Source: Euglena gracilis
Taxonomy: Eukaryota
Assembly: GCA_039621445.1 (NCBI GenBank)
Contig: CP154954.1
Coordinates: forward strand, 28,113,037-28,177,036
DNA length: 64,000 nt
Direction of reading: 5' to 3'
Part shown: one piece after another, positions 49,701-61,856 of the stretch
Numbering within the stretch: the first letter of the stretch is position 1
How the letters are laid out: every line of letters begins with the position of its first letter
Notes under the pieces: model-generated
Databases searched by the model: none
Seen by the model: only the letters and a program-made list of their open reading frames with translations
What the model was told of the DNA's origin: nothing
Made by a program: the position numbers and the translations under genes

Positions 49701-52700
49701 GGTCCCAACCTGCCTTTTGAGCCAAGCCCAATTGCCCGGAGAAACCAACCCACCCAAAAGGGGGGGTCCGCACCCCTCCAGTCCCGGAGAGTGACACCCC
49801 CGCTTAAGAGAGAGTGACACCCCATCCAGGCCCTGGGGGGGGGGGTGGGTGCTGGGGTTTTCAGTGTGACTGACTGGTTTTTGGCCTGGACCCCTCCCCC
49901 GGGGGGGGGTTGGCAAAAAAACCCACAAAACTGACCCAGCCGGAAAATTTTTTTGCAGTTTTTTCATGTTTTGGGCCAAGTTTCCCTTGGATTCCAGAGT
50001 GACCGACCCCCCCCCCCCCCGGGGGGTCGTGGCTGACTAGCTTCCCGAAAAAAGTGACTGAAGGATGGCCAAAACGGGCACCCTAACAAAATCCCTTTGT
50101 GTGTGCACCCAGATGAACTTACCCTCACCCCCCCCCCCTATTTGGCCCCTCCCCTAATTGGCTTATTGGGGTCCCGTTGGATGGTCCATTAGCCAATTAG
50201 GGGGGGGGGGTCAGGCTTATTGGCCATTGGCCGGGGTAACCCCCCCCCTAATTGTCCCCCCCCCCCCTAATTGGGGGTCCGAAGGAGCCCGGCCATTAGC
50301 CAAATAGAGGGGGGGGGTGAGGGTAATGAAGGTGTCTGGTAGGTAAAATAGCCCCTCTGTATGTTCCACAGGGTTTGGCCAAGGGTTTTTATGCTTCTGA
50401 AATGGAAAACCATGGAGGTCGTTTCCACCGACCATATGGTCCGGCCGACCATGGTCGGCCCGACCATGGTCGGCCCGACCTATTGTCAAAAGTCCTTTGA
50501 AAAGGGGGGGGGTAATGCGGTTCATTGGCTACCACCTCCCCCCCCCTAATTGACCCCCCCCCCCAAATGACCAAATGCCCCGGGGAAATTTTTTTCTACA
50601 CACAAATTGTGGCTGAGCCCAGATTTCAGCCTGAAAACGTGTTCAGCCAGGGGGCCCCCCGAAGGGAATTAGGTTAAGAAGTCAGACCTAAAATGGGGCC
50701 TGATTTTGGCCCTAATTTGAATCAAATTTAGGCCTGGCAACCCTGATAACCCTAAAATTTCCGCCTTGGAAAATATAAAAAAATTCAGATGGCGGCCCCA
50801 TGCCGAACAAGTACCACTGACCCCCCTTAGGACCGACTTTCCGGGTTTCTGGGACCCCCCAAATGGTCAAATTTTCCTTTCCGGCGCCTTGCACCAACTT
50901 TTTTTGCATTTTTGGCAACTTTGCCAAAACAGAATTCCCCAAATAATACTCCCAGAATATTTTGGTCCACCAAAGTCCCCGAAGGGGGAAGGGGGGTATT
51001 TGGCGAAAATTTTCGTATTTGTATGTTTGGTTGTGAAATGCAAATGGCAAAACTATCCTTAAACCCCCCCATAGTCCCCCTGGCTTTATATGTAAAATTT
51101 TTTTCGTTGTTTTGGATGATAATATTCATCAAGTTTCTACTTGGCCTCCCGGGGGGGGGGGGCAAGTAGAATGTCCAGGGGGCTCCGCAAAAATTTTGGG
51201 TGTTTGGAGTTCGGCCCAACTTTAGGCCTTACTCAAAGAGGGTTAGGTGTAAAAGTTAGGCCGAACTCCTAACCCAAACCCTACTCCATCAATAACGCAA
51301 AAATGTTTTTGACCCCCCTGGCTGGGGCAAGTAGAATCTTGTTGCTGATTATTTATCAAAGGCATTTACAAGGTTTGGCAATTTGATTAATGTCGCAATG
51401 GTGCTCCTTGTGATATTTGGGAATTTCCAAATTGTTTCATTATAAAACAATGTCAACGGAAGGCTGGCAGGTGTGATGGACACATGGCACTGGACACCCA
51501 TTTCCAACAACCAAGCGAGATTCAAAGTGGCTCTTCTCTTCAATTGACTGCCCTCCAGTCCCTGTTTGAAGGATTTGGAACAATCACCAAAGTGCAGCTC
51601 ACTCGTGGAAGCAACCCAGTTGGGAATACCCAGGGATGTTTGCAGTGGAGGCTGTTTCTCATCGATTCCATTGATAGGGAAAAGGTAATGACCCATTCTG
51701 TAACAACTGAGTGTTATACGCTTGCACTGTATCAGAGACCTCGATGATGATTGAGGTTTTTCAAGTTGTTGGTTCACAATCATCACAAATGAAAGATGTG
51801 GTTGACTGAAAATGTCGTTGTGATATTCCAAGGAGGAACCTGCTGCAGCAATGCAAAAGTGTGCTATCCAGTGAAGGCTTTTCTAAACTCAGAAGGCCCC
51901 CCCCCCCGGCGGGGTCACAGACCAGAAATTTTTTTAAGTTTCATGACCCGGTGGATGGGTCCCGGCCGAACCCCCTGGGGGGGGGGCAGGGCGAGTGGGA
52001 ACCATGCCCCCCCGAGCTATTCCCATGGGGCGGGCGGGATTAGGTCACTGTCATAGCACTTTTTATGAAGAAAGTCCAAAAAGTGCAGTCCAAAAAAGCG
52101 CAGTCCAAAATTGACGTTTTTTTTGACGTTTTCAAAAAGCACTTTTTGTCAAAAGTGCTCAATATTGACCATTTGGAATAGCTCGGGGGAGTATGGTGCC
52201 CCGCTGGAGGCAGGGTTTTCTTCTATTCGCGCCGATGTTTTTTTCAGACCCCAAAATTGACCACGAAGGTGCCCCCCCCCCCCCCCCGGAAGCCGAGTGT
52301 TTTGGTCCAGGCCCCCCCCCCCCCCTGCTGGGTCCTAAAAACCCCTCTGACACAGATGGGCTGGAGGCGTTTCGGTTTTCAGTGCGAAGTGCCGAAGAGA
52401 AATGCAAAAGAAACCTCATTTCCACCTCGGCTCACAGCGCCGGAGGAAATTTTTCCCCAGTCTGGGGGTCCCCGGGGGTCTAACTAGTCCATTTTTTCCA
52501 GTGTCCAGCAAAATGGCTAGCCACTGGATCCGCTGAGTTCCTCAAGCAATGGCCTGTTCACAACAGGCGACATTTCCATGATGGTTTACTGGCCAAAAAC
52601 CACAAAACCTGCTGCTTGCTTTACCTGCCGAATTTGTCACCGTCAGTTGATTTTTGTTTAGAATCAGGCACCTGGACACTGAAGCCTGCATCTCTGATGC

Positions 52701-52827
52701 CATTGCATTCATCCACTTCACAACCCCAGAGGAGGCCCAAGGCGCCATCCAGAGCATGAACAACTACCCGCTGGATGAGACCCGTCACCTCGTGGTGCGG
52801 GGCAACACCAGCAGCCCACGAATCTAG
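46716..52827 (+). CDS. Two-RRM RNA-binding protein, paralog 1 (RRM1 RBPMS/MEC-8-like, Gly/Arg/Lys-rich linker), 7 exons
   Basis: Exons 46716-46777, 46837-46978, 47047-47201, 47995-48073, 49167-49222, 51546-51627, 52702-52827. Product: MELAIPEASTTICVGNLPDYITAREFRLMFKFANGVQRCIINHTKAGHQVGYARFGTAQEAQAAIEWLHGYPIDEDFPNTLKVF...GGRGFGKGAGKGRGKGG...SVYVGGVPHDWDETALQSLFEGFGTITKVQLTRGSNPVGNIAFIHFTTPEEAQGAIQSMNNYPLDETRHLVVR. RNP2/RNP1 motifs occur twice. Pyrimidine tract plus AG at 46702-46703. Confidence 0.9.
47604..47788. mobile_element. Palindromic GG-ended MITE
   Basis: GGTACTTGTTCGCTAC / GTAGCGAACAAGTACT; TSD GACTCAAA/GACTCAAC. Confidence 0.75.
48318..49009. mobile_element. hAT-type MITE nested in an intron
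   Basis: CAGGATTTGATATAAGG / CCTTATATCAACCCTG; perfect TSD GTAGTGCC. Confidence 0.85.
48533..48832. mobile_element. Palindromic GG..CC MITE nested in 48318-49009
   Basis: TIR GGTACTTATCTGTTATCGCACGAC; perfect TSD AATTTTTG. Confidence 0.85.
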
Positions 52828-54761
52828 GCACCAGCTTGTTTTTGGCTTGCTTCTCTTGGATGGTGGAGGGATCATAAAGAAACTCAACTTGTGGATATCT
52901 GTTTGCCCAAAAGACAATTTTTTTCAGCCCAGAAACATGTCCGCCCACATAAAAGATTTCACTGCATCCTAGCAGACCCCCTTTGAGGGAGGGGGCTGGA
53001 CTGCAACCGGCAAAAATTGGCCAGTGGAGGTTTCTTGTGAACCCCTGGACAGCCAGTGAAAAAAAACACCATTTGTTAAACCGAAACCTTCCTTGAGGGT
53101 CAGGGGTCATGGGGGATATGTGCCAAAAAATCGCGAAAATGCCAAAAGTAGCCTTTTAAAAAATTTTCGGCGCCTTCAGCACCGAAAAGAAACCCCCCCT
53201 CCCTCTTATACCCCCCCCCCCACTTATAACCCCCCCCCCACTTATAAACCCCCCTCGGGCCGACCAACCAAACCGGGACTTATAACCCCCCCCCCCCCGG
53301 GAAGAAAAACGAAAGTACAATTTTTTTCGGCCGCAAACCACCAAAAGTTGATTTTTTAGCAGTTTTTTTTGAGACCAACCATCAAATTTGGCAAAAATTG
53401 CCAATTTGGGGGGGTTTCGGGGTCATTTTTGGGGGTCGGATTTTCACCAACAATTCCGGGACTTAACTCCCCCCCCCCTTCGGCCGACCAACCAAACCGG
53501 AACTCCATTAAACTTTCGGGGGTTTATCAGTGGGAGGGGAGGTTTATATCCCACCCCCCTTGAGGACCTGGGGGGGGGGGGCTCAGTGGGGGCTCAGCCA
53601 GACCCGCCTGCCCTGCCTACCCCCCGGGGGGGTCCAAGACTAAAAAAAACCCCTGCTTCCGGCACTTTGCACCAGGCGCACAATTTCAGATATGTGCCCC
53701 CCCAGGCACCCTGAAAAAGTATTTTTGGTCCACTTTGAAAGCTTTACCTGCAAGCCGGCATAGGTCACTGTTTGGGAGGCAAACCCAGAAAAAGGCATGG
53801 ATATTTGAACTTTGAGGAGACTCCAAATCTGAAGGAAATATACGACATTTTGGCCTTTTTGGCAGGTTGGACCAACCTCGGGGAAAAGTGAGTGGCCCCC
53901 CGGACCCCCTCCGGGGCGCCCCCCAAGGGGGTGGGTGGAGGGGACCCCTCCCCCCCACCGGAAGCCGGAAGCAGGGCACCTCCCAAGGTACTTTGGAAAA
54001 TGGATGGACAGTTCCCTTCCTCTGTTCCCTCTCGTATTTTAAAAAGAAGCCTGCTCCTCTCCTCTGCATTGTAAAGCACTCAAATTGAGACGCCATAGCA
54101 CAAAGCCAAGAATGATGATCAAGGTATTTCACATATGCAAGCGACGGAGGTTGTATTCTGCCAAAGATACCTCTGAAACACAATCGAGACCGTGATGTTA
54201 CTTTTGTTTTCAGTTTCCTTCCTCGTCTGGGAAGCCCAAAGAACGTAAAAACCATGTGGGATTTGACGCATGTTGATGGCAAAAGGGTCACTCTCAAACC
54301 CATTTGATTTCCTCTGCATGATGTCTTTTTCTCGCGGAAAGCATTGTTCAAATTTCATCAATGGGAGTAGGAAGTGAAAACATTATCTCCAGCCAAAAAG
54401 AAAGCGAAGCTTTCGTTGGGGGACAGTGGTTTTTTGGTTTAAAACGCTGTTGTCAAGTTCTCCATCCATTCATTTTTTTGAGATGTATCTTTTCAATGGC
54501 TGCGGTCACCACTTGCCGCAACTGGTGCTGCACGCCATCCCGAACCTTTCTGAACTCCCTCTTTCCTCCGTTCGTTTGCTGTGCGTTTTAGGCCACAATT
54601 ATCGCCTGATGCCTGAAGAAGGCCTCACTGTTCGGACGCACCATCACTGATGAAGGCGACGGCTCACAGGCACCACCGTCGATCCTCTCACCCCTTTGTT
54701 TTGTGCAGTTCGCATTCCTTCGCGTGAGGTCCAGGGATGAACAGGTTTCCCATGGTTGGCA

Positions 54762-54845
54762 GGCATCCGGGCTTTCACCAGGCATCCGGGCTTTCACCAG
54801 GCATCCGGGCTTTCACCAGGCATCCGGGCTTTCACCAGGCATCCT
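54762..54845 (+). repeat. 19-bp minisatellite (GGCATCCGGGCTTTCACCA)x4
   Basis: Four exact tandem units seen directly. Confidence 0.9.
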
Positions 54846-56096
54846 CGGGGGGTAGTCCAACCCCCACCCCTTTGACCGGAGGGGTCTGAAACCCCCCCCC
54901 CCCCCGGGGTATCAGGTGAGCGGTAGGGGGGTCTGGACTATCCCATTGTTTCAGGACCACACCACCCCAGGGGAGTGGCCAGGGCGGAACGGGAATCGGC
55001 CAAACAGCCAGGGTGGTGGGTGGGGGGGGGGTCGACCCCCCCCCCCCCGCCCCCTGCATGGTGGGTGGGGGCTGGTTTGGAAGCCAAAAAAAATGCCATT
55101 GAAAATCCGAAAAATGTCAGTAAAATTTGACTGTGCCAAAATTTGGTCCACTTTTTTTTTGACGTTGGTTTTTTTCACCCCCCCCCTAAGAATACCAATT
55201 TTTAACCCTGAAAATTTTGAGATTTCTTCTGAAAAAATGTGGTTTTCATCAAAAAATCATGTGTTTTGAATTCATTTTTCAAAAAAATTTGAATTTTTTT
55301 CGGCCAAAATCCCTTTTTTCCCGAAATCGGTGAAGATGCTGTGGTGGGTGGGGGGGGTCGACCCCCCCCCCCATGCCTTCCCGTTCTGCCCCGGGAGTGG
55401 CTGACTGATTTTTTCGGAGTGACTGACTGGTTTTTGGCCCTAGACCCCCCCCCCCGGAGGTGGGGTTTGGCCAAAGTCCTTTTTTGAAAAGTGAATAACT
55501 GGCTTTTTGAAAGTGGAAAGTGACCCCCCCCCCTTGGGGGTCGGCAACCAATGGTATGGTGTGGACCTCCCCCCACCCCCTCCTCGGCAGGTTCCAAAAA
55601 TAGCAAATAGGGCATTTCCCAACAAAAATTGGCTGCCTCGCGCCAAAACCAATTTTCTGTCCGAGAACCCCCCCCCTGGGGGGGTCTGGCCCAGGCACTT
55701 TAAAAAGCTTTCAAAAATTTGTCTTGGAAAATTTTCAAAACAGATTTTAGGGACCAACAAAGTCCTCTCCAGTGAAAAAGTGCACAGCCCCGGAGCTCCT
55801 CAGGGGATTTATGCAAAGCTTGCATATTTTTTTTTGCATTTTTGCTTTTTTTTTGCCTTGCATATTTGGTGAGCCTTGTTGCATCTCCCCCCCCCCCGTG
55901 GTCCAATCCCCTCCTCCCCAGCCTTCCCCCCACAGCCCTGTCCCGCTCTCCTCGTTTGACTGGATAACTCCCCTGTTCATCCTTTCCAGTGGGTCGTCAA
56001 AAAACGCCCTGATTAGCACACTTCAAAAGCTTTTATTCAACACGGTTTCAGTTGCATTTCCACCCTCATTTGCTCTCACAGGTACGCAACAATATT

Positions 56097-59000
56097 ATGG
56101 CATTGGTTGAAGCATCGACCACCATCTGCGTCGGAAACCTCCCAGACCACATATCCAATGGCCCCCCATTTGTGAAAGGAAACCTTTTGCTTTCCTTCAG
56201 GCTGATGTGACAGTTGGGTGACCATTGCCCGCAACACCACGTGAATTCCGCTTGATGTTCAAATTTGCTGCCGGAGTGCAACGATGCATCATCAATCATA
56301 TGCAGGGGACCACAGCAATTCTTCTGATGGGGGCTTTTGGCACCTTGGCTGGAGACATTCACATCATTTGAGCCGAAGTGGACCCCATGCCTGGCGGGAT
56401 CCAGCCAGCCAGCAGCCCCCAGACCCCTCCCCCCCCCCATCGACGAGTTATCTTTTTCCAGCCGCCCAAAGGGCGTGTGGACGGTGACGGATTTTTGGCT
56501 TTCGGGGGTGCAAAATTGGCCAAAATGGGCAAATAACGGGTCGGCTTTGGGCTGGCCAGGCAAATTTTGGATCGAAAAGTTGATTTTTTGCACAATTGGC
56601 AGTTTTTTGGGCATTTTTGGCTTTTCCCAGGTTCGACCACAGGTTGGCCCAGTTCCAGCCAGGGACTCCCCCCAACCTCCCCATATTGCCCTACAGCCTT
56701 TTTCCAGCCAGCCCAAATTTTTCAGCCTCTGAGCTGGACCCCCCGGGGGTGGGTCACCAAGCGACGGGGGTCGTTTGGATTTTCACCTCCAGATTTTGGC
56801 TCAAGAATGCTAACCAAGCTGGATTGGGCTTTTGGGGGACAAGCTGGACCCTTCCACAACCCAGGATTGGGGGGCCCAGCGATTTTTCTTAGGCGGTTTT
56901 CTCAGGGGTGCTCAGGCCTTTTAATTTGGAAGACCCCCCCCCCCCCCCCGGAACTCCCTGGGAGGTTTCGCCATTGCCAAAAATTTTGGGTGGAAATGCC
57001 CTCAGATGGCCCGTTTTGGGGGGGGGGGTTGCGTTTCGGCATCCCTGCACACAGCATCCACGGGGCGCTTGCTGAGTCCCCTGGCACCACCAAGTCAGGG
57101 CACCAGGTCGGTTATGCAAGGTTTGGCACCCCGCAAGAGGCACAGGCAGCAATTGAGTGGCTCTGCCAGGGTCATCCTCACCTTCCAACCGACCAAGCAC
57201 CGGTTCAAAGCCAGAGGCGCATGTTTGGTTCAGCCCACGACGTCCTCTCTCTCAATTCAAGAAAACCCCCTCAAGAGTGATGTCTCACCAGGTTTTCCTG
57301 TTCATCCCTATTTTTCTCAGGCCATTTTCCAGCCAATCCAGCCCCTTTAATTTAGTTTGAATGTGAGTTTCTGCATCGTTTGGATGGGACGGAATTCCTC
57401 CAAGGTTTCGGGCGGCAGTGCGAGCATGCCCCTGCCTCTCACGGCTACCCTCTCGATGAGGATTTCCCCCAAACGCTGAAGGTCTTCATGTCCTCCACGC
57501 AGCTGCGGGATGCTCTGCCGGGCACTGGGATGAAGCGGCCCCTTGGGCAGGCTTCTTTTAAACCCCTCATCTTCTTCAGTCTTTTCGGGGCAGGATTATT
57601 CATGTCTGTCGGGTTTTGCAGACCCGGGGGGGGGGGGCTGCTGCAGCTGGGCCAAAATCAGCCGCAGCAGCACCCCTCCATCTGGCCCTGACCACTCCTT
57701 AGTGTGTGTGTCGGCAAAAAGAATTTTGTGTATCCTGTGTATCGCCAAAAAAATTTTTGTGTTCCCCTGTGTATCACCATAAAAATTTTTGTGTTCCCCT
57801 GTGTATCGCCAAAAGAATTGTATATTCCTGTGTATCCCCATTTTTCTGTTATTTGTAATTGTCCTCCCTCCGCAGCCATAAAGCAAATGTGCTTGTCTTC
57901 TTTCACTTCCTCTCGGGAGCGGGCGGCGTTTGCAAAGCCCCGGATACAATTGCCGCACCCATACCCCAAATCACCTGCTTTTTTGTTTTGTTTTTCTATT
58001 TTGTTTTCTTGGGGTTTTTTTCAAAACAGCTGCAAAAATCGACGAAACGGACAAAAGGAAAAATCAACACGTGCTAGAGGCAGGCTCGCCGAATTGCCTC
58101 TTGGCCGCACGAGGGAGTAGCACCCCTCCCCCAATCACAGCAGCAGGGTGAGATTCCCTGCCACGCTTGGGGTTGAGCCGGGGCCAATGTCCACAGAATT
58201 TTGCGGCAATGGTGTCAACAAATCAACAAATCACAATTTTTGTGAGTTTTTTTTGTGTATTCCGAAATCGTATTTGTGTATCCACAAAAATTTTTGTGTA
58301 TCCTGTGTAGCGCCAAAAAAAATTTGTGTTCCCTTGTGTATCACCACAAAAAATTTTTTGTTCCCCTGTGTATCGCCAAAAGAAAATTTGTGTATTCCTG
58401 TGCATCTTGGATACACACTAAGGAGTGGTCTGATCTGGCCTCACCGCCGGGCGAATCCCAACACCTGCCCTTTTGGGTCACCCCAACAGCCGGGAGGGCC
58501 GAAGGGGGCTTCATCTTTCTTCCCCCTGTCAGGCACCAGGACCCAACACTAACCCTGCGGGGAGTTCGCTGGCGGCAGTAAAATTTTTTTCAATGACCAA
58601 AAATTGGTCAAATATTTTTGTTCCATTTTGGCCACGACAGAAAATTTTTGGGAAATGTCCGGAGATTTCCCTTGTTTTGTATTGACCGCTAAATTTTTTT
58701 TCTTTTTGCACCATTTTTTTGGCCATTTTTTTTACCACCAATCCCCCCTGGTATTGGAAGGTGCCCGGTGTGAGAATGCTGAACGGGTGGCATTGTCCTC
58801 GAAGAAAATCAGAGTGGTTCACCTAAATCGTTCTGTGTGATTCTGTTTTGCATTGCCACGTGCTTGAAAAAAGCCTTCCGCGGACAATGGATTCGGTGGC
58901 CCGGCGTTCAAGATTCCCCGTGGCGGTGCCTTTGGTGGCTTTGGGGGCGGCTTTGCCTACGGGGCCCCGGCGGGCTTCCCCGGCGGCCGCGGGCTGGGCA

Positions 59001-59769
59001 AGGGCCGGGGCCGGGGCAAGGGTGGTGCAGTGGCGAGCCCCACGTCTGTCTACGTCGGCGGGGTGCCCCATGATTGGGATGAGAGCAGGACGGTCGCCCC
59101 ATTCCCATTCCGGGGGGGGGGGTGACTCTGAGGAATTAGTCCACGTGTCCTGCAGCGCTGTCGATTTGCCGTTGTTTCCCCCATCCGCCAGCTCAGCAGG
59201 AGATTTTCAAAACTGTCGATATCTGGCTAGTTTTTTGATATCCGCATCTTTTTCACACCCGTGGGCCCTGATCCGGCCGGCACATTGGAATAGTTATCCC
59301 GGGGATCCCAGTGGGAACCCCCAATCGGTTTCCTGTTTTGGGGCCAAATCACGGTTTTCTATAGGCCCAAGTGAGGGGCCGTCTTCCGTCCAAATGATGA
59401 GCCCTGCGAAGGTGCCCAGTTGGTCCCCGGTTCCCATTTCGCCCATCACAATTGGCGGCTGCCGTCCTGTCCCCGACTGCTCTGCAGTCTCTCTTTGAGG
59501 GGTTCGGCACCATCTCCAAGGTGCAGCTGACCCGAGGCTCCAGTCAGGTTGGGCGTTTGCTGTGCTCTTTTGGTCGGTTCGGCCCGCCGATGGTGCCCGT
59601 CAGGCCTCGCCGACCCCAACCTGGTTCCAACCCGGTGGGCAATATTGCCTTCATTCACTTCACCTCCCCGGAGGAGGCCCAAGGGGCCATCCAGAGCATG
59701 AACAACTACCCCTTGGACGAGACCCGGCACCTTGTGGTTCGGGCAAACACCAGCGCGAAGGGCCTTTAG
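56097..59769 (+). CDS. Two-RRM RNA-binding protein, paralog 2, 7 exons
   Basis: Exons 56097-56152, 56233-56299, 57089-57163, 57440-57544, 58883-59082, 59475-59541, 59629-59769 (TAG). RRM domains are nearly identical in protein sequence to paralog 1. Acceptor-like TCTCACAG ends at 56081. Confidence 0.9.
57693..58427. mobile_element. TIR element with subterminal tandem repeats, inside intron 4 of paralog 2
   Basis: CACTCCTTAGTGTG / CACACTAAGGAGTG; repeated TGTGTATCGCCAAAA motifs; TSD unclear. Confidence 0.6.
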
Positions 59770-59914
59770 GCATGCACCCAATCCGTGTCATTTGTTTGGC
59801 CACAGCTGGGCGAATGGTTGCATGGAGCAATTTGGTAATTCTCAAAGCTACAGGGAAGTTGTTATCTTTTTTAAGTGGCCATTTTGAGACAGTACGGCTG
59901 ACAGGTCATGTTGG

Positions 59915-60408
59915 CAGGGAATTTCTTAAGCCGGAGGGTACCCTACCCCCCGGGGGGGGTCCAGCCAGCCAGCAGCTCAAATCCAGCCAGCAGCCCAAAT
60001 TTGGGCTGGGAGCCCCCCCCCCCCCCCGGGGTCGAGTGAAATAAAGTCGGGTCCAGCCCGGCCGGAGGCCGGGCCAGCCGGCCGAAGGCCGGCCCAGCCG
60101 GCCGCAGGCCGGCCAGCCAACTGGGCTGTCCAGCTCACTTATCCCTGCATTTTTCCCCCTCATCACAGCCCCCCCATCACAGCCCCCCAGCCTTGATCTA
60201 GCTCCACCCATCAAAATGTCGAAAATGTGTTAGAAATTTTTGTTTTTCTTCGACCCAGCCCAGCCCAGCCCGCTCCAGCCCCGGACCCCCCCCTCCCCCC
60301 CCCCCCCCCCCCGGGGGGGGTCCAGCCAGCAGCTCAAATCCAGCCAGCAGCCTTTTTGCCAGCCGGAGGCTGGACCCCCCCCCCGGGGGGTCCTTAAGAA
60401 ATTCCCTG
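59915..60408. mobile_element. hAT-type MITE
   Basis: CAGGGAATTTCTTAAG / CTTAAGAAATTCCCTG; perfect TSD CATGTTGG. Confidence 0.85.
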
Positions 60409-60723
60409 CATGTTGGAGTCATGCCCCCAGAAAGCTTACCATGAGGGGAGTGTGTCAAATTTTGATTTTCAAAAAGCACAACCCAGGAATGAGGGGGGAT
60501 AATGTAGTGCAAAATCCTGAATAAATCCAACCCACACTTGTTGTTAACATCACGAGAAAAATCTTTCTTTGTGCCGGAACCAAGATGGAAAGTTTTTTTT
60601 ATAACCATCTGCTCTGCAACGTTCTTGTCGGTGCCGCCTTGCCAACTTGAAAGTCTGTGTTGCAACTTTAATTTTTAGATTGAAAAAAATGTGCTGGGGC
60701 AAAAAGCCGCAACCACCATGGAC

Positions 60724-61007
60724 CTGGCTTCTTTTTAAGTCACCTGACCCCCCCCCCCCCGGGGGAGGGGGGGTGGGTGGGTGGGTCCGGGCCGGCCCCC
60801 CCCCCTGGGGGGGGGGTCCCGCGCCGGAGGCGCTGGGTATACCTTTTCGGCGCGAAGCGCCGAAAATTTTTGAAAATTGCCTTTAACGGGCCCAATTTTG
60901 GGGGGGGTCCCCGTCCCCCCCCCCCGGGGGGGGTCCCGCGCCACCCTGGGTGGGTGGGGGGGACCCCCCCCCCCCCCCCCCCCCCGGGGGGCTTAAAAAG
61001 AAGCCTG
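60724..61007. mobile_element. hAT-type MITE
   Basis: CTGGCTTCTTTTTAAG / CTTAAAAAGAAGCCTG; TSD CCATGGAC/CCGTGGAC. Confidence 0.8.
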
Positions 61008-61580
61008 CCGTGGACTTTTTTCCCGGCACGCTGTCCAAAAGTCGCCAACAACACTTGCACTGGGTTCCTGGGTTTTGCTTTTTTAATTCAAAATGATGTG
61101 TCTTCAGATAATTTTTTTGCGTGCAAATAAATTGTCAACTCTTTGCAAGTGATTGAAAAAGAGCTTAAATTGCACAAAAAACCATGTTTTTGTTGGTTGG
61201 AGGCAAAATTGCACCACACAACATTTTTATGGGTCCCCCAGGTGAGAATCGATCATTTTTCAATTCGATTTTACATTAAGGGGGCGAAAATGGCCATAAT
61301 GGCTTTTTTTTGAGGACCCCCCCTTTCGGGGGTTGACATAAGGGGGGCACGTACAATCACCCCCCCCCCCTGTTGGTGGTTTTGAGAATCGGTAGTCGTG
61401 CGACCACCGGGTTGTAGGTTGGGGGGCGCGCATGGCCACCCCCCCGTGGTCGGGGTTATGGGAACCCAGTCGGTTGACAGGGGGGGGGCGGGTAGAGCTT
61501 GGGGCCTCCAATATTGGATAAAAATGACAGCCTGGCTGGATTTGGGGGTTTTTTTGCCTGTTTTGAAGGTGCTGCCGGGC

Positions 61581-61856
61581 CAGGGATTTTTTTAAGTTTG
61601 GACCCCCGGGGGGGGAGGGGGAGGGGTAGGGTGGGTGGGTCCGGCCGAGCCCCCCCGGGGGGGGGTCCCCCCCTGGAGGGGGGTGGGATATATTTTTTTG
61701 GCGCTGCAGGCGCCGAAAAAATTCTATTTTTAGCACTTTTCGCGATTTTTCGGCCATTTTTTTTTGTGGGTCCTCCGGGACCCCCTCCCCCCCCCCCCGG
61801 GGTGGGGTGGGTGGGGGGGCCCCCGCTCCCCCCCCCGGTCTTAAAAAAAACCCCTG
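61581..61856. mobile_element. hAT-type MITE
   Basis: CAGGGATTTTTTTAAG / CTTAAAAAAAACCCCTG; perfect TSD TGCCGGGC. Confidence 0.85.

Noticed and set aside
54100-54760. Possible minus-strand coding relic between the RRM genes
   Set aside because: Protein-like stretches but no recognisable motif or consistent frame.
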